The notes beneath the pieces were generated by a model. The model made no database searches. It worked only from the letters and a program-made list of their open reading frames with translations, and was not told the origin of the DNA. From Octopus vulgaris (lineage: Eukaryota), in the NCBI GenBank assembly GCA_951406725.2, contig OX597816.1, positions 16,988,001-17,052,000 on the forward strand: a stretch of DNA of 64,000 bases, in the 5' to 3' direction. This document shows, in pieces, positions 51,230 to 64,000 of this stretch; within the stretch, counting starts at the first letter, position 1, and the number at the start of each line of letters is the position of its first letter. The position numbers and the translations under genes are program-made.

Positions 51230-51560
51230 TCTTAAAGACTCCGCCGGTTATGACGACGAGGGTCCCAGCTGATACGATCAACGGAACAGCTTGCTCGTGA
51301 AATTAACGTGCAAATGGCTGAGCATTCCACAGACACGTGTACCCTTAACGTAGTTCTCGGGGATAATCAGCGTGACACAGAGAGTGACAAGGCTGACCCT
51401 TTGAAATACAAGTACAACTCATTTTTGCCAGCTGAGTGGACTGGAGCAACGTGAAATAAAGTGTCTTGCTCAAGGACACAACGTGTCGCCGGGAATCGAA
51501 CTCACAACCTTACGATCATGAGCCGAATGCCCTAACCACTAAGCCACGCGCCCTCACTCA
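51230..51560 (-). mobile_element. Young tRNA-derived SINE with 13-bp TSD
   Basis: Minus strand GGCGCGTGGCTTAGTGGTTAGGGC...GAGTTCGATTCCCGG..GTGTCCTTGAGCAAGACACTT; CpG-rich; AAGAGATAAATAT at 51217-51229 and 51561-51573. Confidence 0.9.
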
Positions 51561-53979
51561 AAGAGATAAATATATAGCATTAACAATTGATATTTCAACA
51601 TGTTAACGGATCTTAATTAGAGAAGTTTAAGTTTTGCAAAATTTCAAACTAGAATATGTTATGAGCATTAAAAGAACTTAAAATAGATCCGATGCGAAAA
51701 GAAAACCAGCTTAAAATACTGCATATCTATGGATATGCAGCTAAGTCAATGACATTGACTGCACATTATAAAAATCTTTGCAAAGATTAAGTTTTCTTTT
51801 CAGAACTAGAAATTATTTTGCCTCAACTGCCACAAGTCTTAGAGAAGAGAGAAATAAACTTTATGATTTAGTATGTTTCACATGTTAAGGTTGATCCAAC
51901 AATTCTAAATACACTTTGCATTCAATCTACGAAATAAAATCTTGCTTTTTAATAGATAAAACATCAAATTTGAATTGAACCATAACACCAATCTTATCTC
52001 AATATCAAAACTTGTTTTTAAACAAAATAGATGAAAATATGTCCTTGTTCTTCAAACAAAATATAAACAAGTATCACAAGGTGTACTCACACAAATATGT
52101 AAAATATAAGAAAACTGAGCAAATCTCTAAGCTACAGCAGGAAAATAATGGTTAGATCAAGTTCAATCTAAAATGTTGGTAAGATGAATGGCAAACCCGA
52201 AACATGGGGAATTTTCTACCCATTAAGAAGACCTCTGAAGCAAGTAAGCATATGTTCTAAGAAGTAAAATTGCAACTCCAAATTTTTGAAGTTTTTATGA
52301 GTTAATGAAAGTAGAGGTTATTAAAAAGTAATTTTAAAATAATTTTTCAAAATTCTATTTGAAATTATTAAATCACATAGAAATATAATGCTGTATACAT
52401 GTTCAGGCTCCTACACTGAACACAAATGAAATTCATGCTTCATATGAGAATGTAAGCACACATGTTTAAGTAAATAAACAACAATATTTTTCCATGAAAT
52501 ACATCACAGTTGATACAATTATAAAATAGCAACATATTTCATGCTTAACTTAAAATTCAATTGTTAAAAAAAATTGAGTTATATTCACTTCTCCAACAGA
52601 AAATGTGTATATGATTAAGGAAACTAGGACTCAAACATTAAAAAAAAGTATTAGAAACAAGCATTCATGTAAACTAAAGTTTTACATTTTGTAAATAGTT
52701 TTGGTGGTCATAAAAGCAGCATCATTTAGAAAACAATTAAATTCCTAAAAACAAAATTTTAGGAATATAATTGGATAATGTTTAGGTATTTCAGTTTTTT
52801 TATTTCAAAGATTTATAAAATATTAAATATCATAATTTGAATATTCTTACAGAACTTTCAAATTTAATCAAATTACAAAGCTAAGATTTAATACTTAGTG
52901 CTTTTAGTGCACAGTTGTCTTCTTCCTAGTTTCAGTAAAGCAAATTGATTGGGCTCCATTGGCTGATGACCAGTAAAGATGGAGAAGGAGAACTGCATTT
53001 CATCCTGTCCAATTATGACCTCCATAGGCTACAGATTTTGACTGCTTGGTCAATAAAAATATATACGTGTGTGTGTGTGGTAAGATAGCCACCTCAGACC
53101 ACCTCAGAAAATACTATAAAGATCATGGATTACTCCCATTGCCAAACTGAGCTGAGTGCTGGATCCATGTTATAATAATAGTTGTTTAACATAAGTGTAC
53201 AATAATCATGTCTGACTTTGTTTCAATAGGTAAATTATCTAACATCATCTAACTTCTCTTCAGATATATATGGTCATTGACCTCCTTGTAGGAGGATTTT
53301 CAGCCTTTTTTTACAGTTTTATTTTTAATCCTGCAAGTTCCTACAGGGAAATGAAAAATCATTATCACCTATTATTGTATCCAAACTACTTTAAGTATGA
53401 ACACATGCTCCATAAGTTTGCAATGATTGTTATAATTTTTCTCCAATGAAATCTGTATTTTTTATAGTTGTACTTAATATGTTGTTAGGAAAATAGTTTT
53501 AAAAACATTCAGAGTCTCTTCAAACGAACTAATTAAGGGGATCGTAGCTATTTTTCCTGCTGTGTGTAGCTAGAGGACAAATAGTTTTATAGAAAATGTC
53601 AATAAGTTTGATGTCTGAAGAGAAATGAGCACTGGGAGGGAGTCATGATAGCTGTGTTAGTGGTAACTCTACAGCTACTGCCTGTCTAAAAGTTTTATTA
53701 GTGAAAATGAATGATTTGCTACTCAGATTCTTCCCTGGTATTTATACCAACAATGGTCACTGACCTCATATAGTCAGTAATGCAAACACCATCAATAAAA
53801 ACAATAAACTCCTTTAATGGGAGAAGGTATAGCTTTAGCAAAGATAGAAAAAGGTAATAATGCAAATGGTAAGAAAAAAAGACAAGAAAAGTGAGGAAGG
53901 TAACGAGAGTGTGATTGATATAACCAGTCCAGTGATTTTTTGTTTGCTTTTGTTTTTTGCAACAGAATATGTATTGATA

Positions 53980-55200
53980 AGAATTCCACCCATTGGATCA
54001 CTTCTGTGTCTTGAACCTTGCCCTATCATTTAATGTTGAACTGACTTCAGAGACATGTGACGATGAAGTATCAGTATTTGGTATGTCTGCTGCAGACAGT
54101 CCATATTTGGTAGGCATGGAGAAGTGTCATGCACACTACTGCCTTGTAAATATTCAGCATGTTGGCAATGCTGATACTACAGTGTCCCCAGATAATGAAG
54201 CATTGTCTTCCAAAAGCTGACCATGCTTGGCCATCCTAGATCTGATCTTATCAACATGGACCTGTCTGGAAGGCTATCAAAGTAATTGAACTTTTCTGTG
54301 AACTGCTGACATGTATCTTTGACCATAATGTTTGGTTCAATGCACTCAAGACCAGGTGAGGGTTGAATTCAATTAAAATTTGCTGCAGGCTACAAAGAAT
54401 CTTTCTAGGCTTTGTTTGTATGTCATTGGCATTACTAGAATTCAATGCACAAAGTATCTGCAAAATTATAATTGTGCTTTGAATGTAGTCTGAACTTTAA
54501 TGATTTCTTTCAAGTGTGAATGATTATGAAATCTGCCATATATTATGTAATGGATGTAAATTTCTGAAGGATAATCATTGAATGCAGGAGTGGCATTGCT
54601 GAGAGCATCGTACTTAATACTGTTAGCACCAGCAGGCATTCCCATTTTTACAACAATGCTGGTAAGAAAGTTTGTTGATACTTTACCATCATAGGATACA
54701 TGAGCCATTATACAGTTATCTCATTCTCTGACAATGCTGGTAAATTTGTCTGTATATCCATCCATTCACCTTAAACATAATCTTTCAAACACCTTCCCAG
54801 CTCATAGTGTCAAATGCCTTGGTTAGTTCCACAAACATTTTGATTATGTCCTGCAGTTGTCTTGCAGCAAAAACCATGCTTAAGGTGCCATGTCTGCTGC
54901 AGAAACCACATTGATTTTCTGGGAGCAGACATGTCTCAATTTGTTTGATGAAACAGTTCAGCAAAAAGATGTTCTATGATTGTTATTGGTAACACTATCT
55001 GATTCCCTTATACTTGTGGATGTGAACAATCAGGGCAACTTTTCTATGGAAGTTTGCCTTGATTCCAGAAGAAGCAAAATATTCCATTAACTTCTGCTAT
55101 AGAATGGAATCTCCAGATTTGTAAATTTCTAGTGATATGCTATTTCATCCTAGAATTTCAGAACTCTCAACAGCTTTTAACATGTTTGTGTTAAAGGGAA
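53980..55200 (-). mobile_element. Degraded RTE (BovB-type) LINE RT region
   Basis: Minus strand LPENQCGF (~54900-54925), FVELTKAFD (~54810-54836), RMAKH (cf. RIAKA) ~54230; multiple frameshifts. Confidence 0.75.
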
Positions 55201-56779
55201 GATAGTACAGTCTGAAGCCAACTCATATTAAAACAGTTAAAAGATTGTAGTTTCATGTATTTTGATGGCCATTTGAGGGCTACATCAAAGCATCCTGCCA
55301 TCTTTCTAAAAGGTGTTCTCTACCATATTAAAATAATATATAAAAAAAATAACCATATAAATACAAGGCAAATAGAAGCTACTACAATTAGCATTGTATC
55401 TATAAGAAAGGATTCTTCTAGAAATAATCATACCCAATTTCAAAATAATTATAAAACAATAATATCAGCAAGGAAAAATCAAAATATTCATAAATTCAAC
55501 CAAGAAAGAGATTGAGGAATTGTAAATTTACAAGGACCTTGAAAGTTAAGAAGGATATGGACTAGCACCATATATGATAAAAAAAAAAAAAACACAAAAT
55601 AAGCACTAGGTATAGACATACAGTTCAAAATGTAAATTATATTCTGTGCAAGATACATGAAATTGCACATCTCAAATATTACACTCTCCACATACAACAA
55701 ATACTCAGTAGAATCACCATACATACTCTTACTTACACAACTACCATCATATAAAGCACATACCACGTAGCTTACACAATCACTGTCCAATATAAAAACA
55801 CAAAACAATCACACACACACACACACAATCTACACAAAAGACAAAACATAAAATTAATACAAGAAACTGTTAGAGTCTTATAATAAAGCAAAACAGATGT
55901 GGTATAAAAAACAATTCTACATTCTACATCTTCAAAAGATAATGCTGCACATATCTTTGGAACATGGAGGTGCACCTGAGGTGCCACAGAAATGCATATA
56001 AATCTGATGAAAGCATGAAGATAAGTATTTATGATTTTTTAAATGATATTTATAACACAGATAAAAAGATTACAGAAAAATCTATATTAATATAAAATTT
56101 GATAATCATTTGAATTATTTTTCTGAATATCAGTGGTGTGTCTCTAATGAAATAAATGTACCATGTGATGCCTGTTTTGCAACAGGCATTCTACCAACAC
56201 AATTCATCTTTTTTATTTAATATCTTAGCAAGAGTCATTACCACTATGAGTCTTGGTTGTAACAAGAGCAAAATGATGTCTTAAAAAACAAAATAGCTAT
56301 CTATTTTCTGTCATCTTTTAGTTTTGATTCACAAAGGGATAGTGAGACGGGTTAGTTGCAGGCAGATGTCCATCCCTTTGCTATGCTTATGATGAATAAT
56401 ATCAAAGATAATTCCAAAACAGTATTTTTGATGTTGTATGAAAAGGTGTCTTTACCACTAACTGCATGGAAGTTGTTACATAGACAGTTAGTTCAGTTGT
56501 AAGATAACAGTTACTTGAATCTCTTTTATTCAAAAGGGAATTTATTATCAGAAGATATTATGTTCACACACTTATTAGCAAACTCAAGGATAATTTATAG
56601 CAGTTGAACCAGAAAGGAAAACTAGATTGAGAGCAACAGAATTATGTGCACCAAAAACTAAAGTCATAGTGTTCATTTGATTAACATATATAAACTTTTA
56701 GGAGTCTGAATCCTGCAAAAGTGATTTAACTTTCGACTTAGCTTTTCCTTAAATTTGTGACTGTTATCCATGCCAGGAA

Positions 56780-56860
56780 CTACACCACCACCACTACTAC
56801 TACCACCATTGCTGCCACCATCACCACAGCCACCACAACCACTACCACCATCATTATTAA
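56780..56860. repeat. Imperfect (CAC/CTA)n trinucleotide tract
   Basis: Directly visible. Confidence 0.8.
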
Positions 56861-57888
56861 ATTTGACTCTTGTAGTGTGAAGGTGTTTTCATTTTCTTTT
56901 TTCTAGACAATTCTTATTCAAGCATTATTAAATGATATTTTCTGTGGAGTACTTTTAAAAAATGGACAATAATTAGCTGAGGATAGCTCTCTCTCAATAC
57001 AAGTAGTTAAACAACAACGAAACAAAAAGATATATTTAGTCACACATGTTACATTTTCACTTCCAAAATCGCTACTAAACATAAATGTCACATGACTGAA
57101 CATTGCAACAGCCAATGAAAATGTACAAAACCAAAACATACAATGTAAAAGCTAAAAGAGAAAGTGAACAGTTTAATGAACTACCAATAGATAAAAAAAG
57201 AAAATATTCCAAACATGGAAGTAGAGTTAGCAGTGACAACAAGAGTAGCGACTCTGATGTGAAGTCAAACAACAGCGTAATCCATTGTGACAAAGTGAAC
57301 TTTACCATAACAAAAACTGAACAAACAGAATTCTTAGAGCAATCATAGCTTCAGAGTAAAATATAATATAGTTGAGTGAAGTTTGTAAAACAAACAACAA
57401 TCCTTTACTACAGGAACTAATCTGAGAAAGAGCAAAGAGAAAAATTATATATCACTGCTTTTGAAAGGGCAGAACTCACGACATGAAGTAAAACAAATAA
57501 TTTAGGACAACTTAGGAGAAATCCTCTCAACTGAAAAAAGGCAAAAATTATATCCTTATCTGATGTACTTTCAAACTAAAGGCTCAGCTATAACACAAGC
57601 TGCATTGTTAGACATACCTTCCATTATATATTTGTGCACATGCATCAAAGAAATAAAAGGGTGACAATAACAAACATTAGAAACATTGTAGATCCATTAC
57701 ACACCATTTCTTTTGTTTAATAGTATTGGTGAATAGCTAAAGCAAGGCTGGTTAGGAGGAAACAAAATAAAATCTATACCTCTGAATGATGTTACGGAAC
57801 GAACACTTTATTACAGGAATATTTTACTTCTAAAAAAGTATACATTTTCATCAACTATTAATTATACTTAGCAGAAATATTTTATTGT

Positions 57889-58178
57889 GATCATCATCAT
57901 CATCATTTACCATCTGTTTTCCATGCTGGCATGGGTTAGACAGTTTGACTGGTGGACTGGCAAGCCAGTAGGCTGTGTCAGACTCCAATCTGATCTGGCA
58001 AGGTTTCTACAGCTGGATGCTGCCCTTCCTAATGCCAACCACTCAGAGTGTAGTAGGTGCTTTTTACATGCCACCTGTACAGGAGCCAGTCAGGTGGCAC
58101 TGGCATCGACTACATTCAGATGGTGCTTCTTATGTACCACCGGCACAGGGAGCCAGTCAGGCGGCACTGGCATCGACC
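57889..58178 (-). mobile_element. RTE-LINE 3'UTR/tail copy
   Basis: (CAT)n, GCTGGATG..CCCTTCCTAATGCCAACCAC and GTGCTTTTTACATGCCAC units on +. Confidence 0.85.
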
Positions 58179-58291
58179 GATGCTTAAATTCATATAATAA
58201 TAATAATAATAATATATATATAATGTAATTTTTCTAAATGGTATAATTTAATTTTTCATAATTGCATTGATAAAAGGTGGGTTTTTTTCAA

Positions 58292-58339
<48 letters not shown>

Positions 58340-60289
58340 TATCTATCAAAAATGAAAGCACATAACTGATAGGTAATCTTCAATCAGCAAACGTCTCTAC
58401 AAGCATTAGCCAAATATTATCATTTTCACCACAAATAAAATGGTTTCTGCTAATTCTAACTCACATTCTAAACAAAACTTATTGTATCTATATTTCTTGC
58501 TTCCTTCATACAAACCATATCCTTACTTTTCTCAGTAATGTTCTTTCTAAGTAAAATTATCCGTAGCTTCTGTCCAAATTATAATTTTCTTACAAACACC
58601 AGTCAGCAATAATACTGGTTGATATCAACCACAAAAGCCTAAGTTAGCTTTATACCCATCAAATTAATAAATAATAATACATACAATTATAAACTTTTCT
58701 TGTAATTTCAATGCCTTTAACATTCAACTATTTATTGTTTTATTCTTTACAGAATATATGGAGCAGGTTTAAATATCTATTTTGTTTATTGAAAAACATT
58801 TGGTAAAATATGAAGCAATATTTATTCATTTTGAAGATGTTCTGATGCTTTATATTATTTCATGATTCTGATTTAATAAACATTGAATGCATACATCTGT
58901 TTTATAAATGATAACAACTAGTATTTGTATAGGTTGAAGTTGAAGACTGGTGGAAAGGCAGCCTTATGATTTTCAAGCTTAGACTACCTGGTAAGTCTGA
59001 GCTTCCCAGCAATGGAGTTTTGTTTTATAGTTTTTTTTTTGTTTTCTTTTCCAGGTTATTTCACATGCTTTCAACGAATGTGACATCGAAGCCATGCACA
59101 AACAGCACCTTTCCCCAGAAAAGGAAATATTTGGCTGCTATTTCTAGCACGCCCTGCTACCACGTGACAGGTATTCCAGGTCCTTTATCGCAAATGTGGT
59201 ATCCTTTATGTGGTAGCAGCCAAATCTTTGGAGCTGAGATACTTTGAATGCACTTGAAAATATTTTTGCAGTGGTAGTCCCTTAGGGCAATCTTTTGCTT
59301 TGACCCTCAGAACTGGTGCTTTGACTCTCAGAACTATCATCTGGATCAGCTGGCTTTGTTCGTTAATTTCCTTTAAAAGTGAAAGATGTATGAATGTCTA
59401 TATGAAATGAAAGATGTATGAACGTCTATATGAAATGGACATGTGTGTGTGTGTGAGTGAGAGAGAGTGAGCCACTTACACCTACATGAGAACACACACA
59501 CTCACTCACTCATTCTCTTTCCCTCTCACATACACACACATATGCACATGTACATACGAAAATGATGTATGCATATGTATTGACGTATGTACGTATACAT
59601 GACAACACACCCCTTCACTCACTCTCTCTCTCTCTCTCTTTCACACACACAAATCCATTTCATATACACATACATACATCTTTCTTCCCTCTCACTTTAA
59701 AACAAAAGTAAATAGATAAAAAAATTTTTACGGAAATTAACGAACTCCGGATGAAAAGCAAAAGATTGCCATTGACTTGGAAATAGTTAAAAAAATCATT
59801 AAAATATTGTTTGTTTAGGAAGCTAAAATATAAAAACTTACTATACAAACAACTTACATTTTTGAAATCACATTCAGTTAAGAATATTTCTAAATGATTA
59901 AAATATTGTGTATATCAAAAAGTCAACTTTTTTTTCTTAGGGAGTGCAAAGACTATGTATGTGTATATGTCACAGATAGTGGATGTGTGTTTGTGTTTGT
60001 GTTGATTGACATACCATGACATTCATTATATGTGTGTATGTGTGTTGATATCACAGAAGCGATGTTTTTTTATCAAGAAATAACAAACAAAAATTGTGTT
60101 TAATCATTTTCCTTAATAAACAGAGTCCCAAATATCACAAAAATTTGTACTTCACTGCCAAAGGTAAGTATGAAAATTAATACGCAAAATAAAATTAAGA
60201 TAAAAATATACTATTTCTGAGATATTTCAGGTACATACAAACATCTCCAGAGTTTTAGTACTATCAAGATTTAGCATGATAATCTATCA

Positions 60290-61620
60290 ATATTTTCTCT
60301 GTGGCCTCTCTAGCCCCTTTCTCATCTCTTGGATCAGCAGCTCTCAATCAGTTCACACAGTAGTGGAATGTGTTGCTGGAGCTCTTTCTATTCTTCATTC
60401 TATCTAATTTGTTTTGTTTCTTTTTCCCATCTGTTCTTCAAAAGCATCAATGCCCTACTTAGCTACACAGTCAACAATATCCACTCTTACACAAATGATA
60501 CTACTCTTCAGTTTCACTAACGTTCCTCAACCATGCATCATCCACTTACCTAGACAGATATACCAAACCTGTATCAATTTTATGATTAGAGACCTCAAAA
60601 GCATTCTCCAATGGTGAAATGCCAATCCTATCTCTTTCAATAACAAAATAACACAAATAGTACATCTCATTCAGAGATTTATTATTGCTTGCAGACAGTT
60701 TTTCGAAATCAGTGACGGAAGTTACTAGAAAAACCTATAAGTATTTGCAAATAGGTCTCCCTTTCATCGTTAACCGGTGACTGCCGTACGCTGAAGACAG
60801 GCAAATACCTAGAAACTGCAGTCCATGCGTGTCACTTAGGTTTACAAGAGAGGGATGACCTCTCTTTGCAAATACCATAAGGGCACAGAAAGTGTGCCCA
60901 AAGCCAGCTGGAGACGATGATCTCCTGGGGCTAAAAGCTACAGTAACACACATCCTTAGTGGTTAGCTATATTGAGATGGCTAATATACTTTACAAATAC
61001 TACTCATATCAAGGAAACATCATTGCACTCCACTCATTAAATATAAGCAGCATGCAACTAAAGCATCCCATAATCATTTCAAATGTTGAGCCTCACTTTC
61101 ACCAAGAATTATTTCTAATGTTAGCGAGGCACAACTGGAGAAAGCACATCTTTATGTGCTATGTTACATAGATATGACTGCATCCTTTATCTTTTAGTCC
61201 CCTCCATACAACAATTATTAACACTCTACAAAGCTCCCAATTTACTTTCTTTACTAGTACACTTAAGACATGAGGTGTGCAATGGTATACTGCTTCCATA
61301 GCTGAAAATGGTATAACTGCTGCTCACACAGATATCCAAGACTTCATCTAGGAGAAGGCCATTTAACTGATTAACATATTGTCCCTTGTAGACATGTTTC
61401 AACCTCAGGCCCATAAATGTGCTGTCTCTTCTCTCTGCTTCTCTCTCCAAACTGGCTGAGCTTGTATTACCTCTACTCAGGTGACCCTCACAGCTCTCCT
61501 CCTTTTCTCATCCTTGTTGCTTTCAACCTCCAAAACCCTATACTATGTCACATCTATTCTTCTCTTTTGAAACTTATCTTTCCCATAGGTGTTAACTTCC
61601 AGTGATTTGAGAGAAATGTT
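60290..61620 (+). mobile_element. Degraded CR1/Jockey-group LINE RT fragment, interrupted
   Basis: HLFFKSINALLSYTVNNIHSYTNDTTL (cf. PTLFLLFINDL...SYADDTTL), RDLKSILQW, later LYKA; the middle (~60670-61200) holds other repeats. Confidence 0.6.
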
Positions 61621-62572
61621 AACAGCCCCTATCTCACTGGATCTAGAAGGCCTGCAAAGGTCATTGGCACTGTCCCTCCCACCAGATCCAAAAAGTAAAT
61701 AAAGAAAATTAAGATATCTAACATATTATAAAGTAGATGATTAGTACTTCATTTTATTAACCTTGGAAAGATGAAAGACAAAGCTGACTTCACAAGATTT
61801 GAACCTAAAATGCAAAGAACAAGAATAAATACTGCAAGAAATTTTTGTCTGCTGCTCTAATGATTCTATTGAGACTAAATCTGATACGAATTAAGATGTT
61901 GTATGTAATTCCAGCTGTACTTCTTCACATAGATTACAGCAATGTTTTCTCAGCACAACACATAAAGTGGGATTGGAGTTACTTCAAAGAGAAAATTAGA
62001 AAGTAAAAAAAAGACATTCTAATTGAAAATTATTTCAGAATAAAAGCAAATACAACTTCAGACTTATTGATTACAGTAGTTATAGTGGTCAGAGAATATA
62101 TTGATTGCTGTTCAGTGGAGTCAATATTTTTTACCATCAATTCGTTACCAAAAATATGTTTAGCAGACGACTTTGGTATTACATTATTGAATACTATTTT
62201 TCTTATAAGATTTGAAACGATTTATAAGACTAAGCTTAACAAGGTTTATATTTACCTCACTTGTTTGTACTTCTTATTTGAAGTTTTTTTCTTATTAATT
62301 ATAGATGTTTATACATAAACAAAAACAGTTTTATGCTCAAAATTCCCAAAGGTGAGAAATATGGATCTAATATCCTTAGAGAAGAGTTTGCTTATGTGAA
62401 TGAATGCACATGTGTACACACAGGAGTGCCATAAAAATAACTTTCTTAAAGCTAACACTGATTTCATATATTGTTTAACAATAAGTTTAATGAAAGATAT
62501 AAGTTATTTGGAAAATAGAACATCAACCCAATAATATTAAGATTGTCTGAAGAGTTCTAAGTGGATTAAAGA

Positions 62573-62956
62573 ATCATCATCATCATCATCATCATCATCA
62601 TTTACCGTCCGTTCTCCATGCTGGCATGGGTTGGACGGTTCAACTGGGGTCTGTGAAGCTGGAAGGCTTCATCAGGCCCAGTCAGATCTGGCAGTGTTTC
62701 TACGGCTGGATGCCCTTCCTAACGCCAACCACTCCGTGAGTGTAGTGGGTGCTTTTTACGTGCCACCTGCACAGGTGCCAGACAGAGCTGGCAAACGGCC
62801 ACGAACGGATGGTGCTTTTACGTGTCACCGGCACGGGGCCAGGCGAGGCTGGCACGGACACGAACGGATGGTGCTTTTACGTGCCACCAACATGGGGGCC
62901 AGACAGAGCTGGCAAACGGCCACGAAACGGATGGTACTTTTACATGTCACTGGCAC
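62573..62956 (-). mobile_element. Young RTE-LINE 3'UTR/tail copy with four repeat units
   Basis: (CAT)n, conserved tail and repeated GGTGCTTTTACGTGCCACC units. Confidence 0.9.
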
Positions 62957-63727
62957 ATTGATAAATATAACTGTGCATAAGATTTTTGTAATAAAATTGT
63001 ATTAGAACACAAAGAGTTTCTCTAGACAACCCTCCCACTAATACAGTAGTTTACGATTCCAGGGTCAAAGAAGTGACCTTAGGGTGAAGTTAATTTTGAA
63101 AGGGTGATGTGAAGTTTGAAATTTACCTTTGTGAGAATAAATTTTGACTTGATACTATGAAATGTTTACATGGACAAAGAAAGACAGAAAACCTAGTGCA
63201 AAGCTATTAGGGTACAAGAGAAGCTTTACTGAAGCATGTGGAAAGTTAGAGGCAGAATAGTAAAGTAGAGTGGATAATAAGAAATGAGCCTTATTCATGG
63301 TAGTGTGTAGCAAGAATAATTCTTGATAGAAAAGTAGAAAGCTTTGTATCACCATAACCTAGGTTGAATATAATCTATCAATAAGTTTAATAATACTCTT
63401 ATGGCAATAAAAAAGCTAGGAACTTTAAAGAATTGTAAGATTATGTGTCAGGATAAAGCAAGATACTGCTGAGAAGTGTGTCTTCAAATAAATGGTTGTA
63501 AAATGGTTGTATTTGCCCTCAACAAAAATGGAAATAGATCAAAAGAATCATTAGAGAAGATGGCTTATTAAAGATCACAAACTATATGGTAAAAAAAAAT
63601 TAAGATACAATTAGGAATAAAGACTAAAAAATTAAGCAAGTTTAGTGACAGATGTGGAAATACTGAAGTCATTAAAATAAATTGGTGCCATTCAAGCCAA
63701 GTAGTTCTGGAGATGTTAACCCTGATA

Positions 63728-63910
63728 AGTCGCAGGTTCGGCTGTGAAGTAAGAAGCTTGTTTCCCAACCACATGGTTCTGGGTTCAGTCCCACTGCATA
63801 GCACCTTCTACTATAGCCTTGGGCTGGCCAAACCCTTGGTAGTGGATTTGGTAGACAGAACCTGAAAGACGCCTGCCGTGTGTGTGTGTGCACATGCATG
63901 TATGTGTGTA
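63728..63910 (+). mobile_element. CORE-type SINE 5' half
   Basis: GTAAGAAGCTTGTTTCCCAACCACATGGTTCTGGGTTCAGTCCCACTG...AGTGGATTTGGTAGACAGAA, then (TG)n. Confidence 0.8.
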
Positions 63911-64000
63911 TAGTGTTTATAACTCAAGAGAGGTATAACTAGAAGATAGCAACAGTACAATGGTTGGAGTTCATAAGCAATATTATTTCTAATGATAAAG

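Noticed and set aside
51485-51557. tRNA-like sequences (also 11181-11245 and 6060-6130)
   Set aside because: They are SINE heads continuing into CORE-like bodies; acceptor stems do not close, so they are not called tRNA genes.
56680-56890. Minus-strand open frame encoding Gly/Ser-rich NNDGGSGCGGCGDGGSNGGSSSGGG
   Set aside because: Arises from a trinucleotide low-complexity tract, is preceded by an in-frame stop, and has no acceptor site I can support.
57103-57348. 81-aa ORF with NLS-like DKKRKYSK and a Ser-rich stretch
   Set aside because: Non-ATG start call, no recognisable domain, no convincing splice context; expected by chance in A-rich DNA.
59129-59226. 12-bp inverted repeat ATTTGGCTGCTA / TAGCAGCCAAAT
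   Set aside because: Both arms match a motif of a common old repeat (cf. ~18008-18020); short arms and no TSD.
59381-59438. 28-bp tandem duplication (also a ~44-bp one at ~32262-32340)
   Set aside because: Ordinary local slippage duplications with no further structure.

Overview
AT-rich, repeat-dense eukaryotic non-coding DNA. The SINE/LINE repertoire resembles octopus (coleoid cephalopod) repeats, so an intronic or intergenic octopus locus is inferred. I find no intact protein-coding gene. The ORF-track entries are repeat, microsatellite or fossil-transposon translations, and no host exon is supportable. The window contains: (i) several tRNA-derived SINE families, some with clear target-site duplications (TSDs); (ii) about ten 5'-truncated copies of an RTE-clade LINE with a minisatellite 3'UTR and (GAT)n tail, two retaining RT-coding fragments; (iii) fossil R4/Dong-like, BovB-type RTE and CR1-group LINEs; (iv) a Tc1 transposase remnant, a pogo/Tc2-like MITE and two TTAA-flanked piggyBac-like MITEs; (v) Penelope-like termini with degenerate hammerhead cores; (vi) a full-length U6 snRNA copy. 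The most notable observation is that this U6 copy is fused, straight after its oligo-U end, to a ~55-nt stem-loop tail. The same tail also terminates two unrelated SINEs in the window at nearly the same junction, suggesting a portable retrotransposition tail. Other oddities are a perfect 100-bp palindrome, a foldback element with an internal ~85-bp satellite, and a 39-bp templated patch inside a SINE. Family names come from motif recognition only; no database search was run, and boundaries of degraded elements are approximate.
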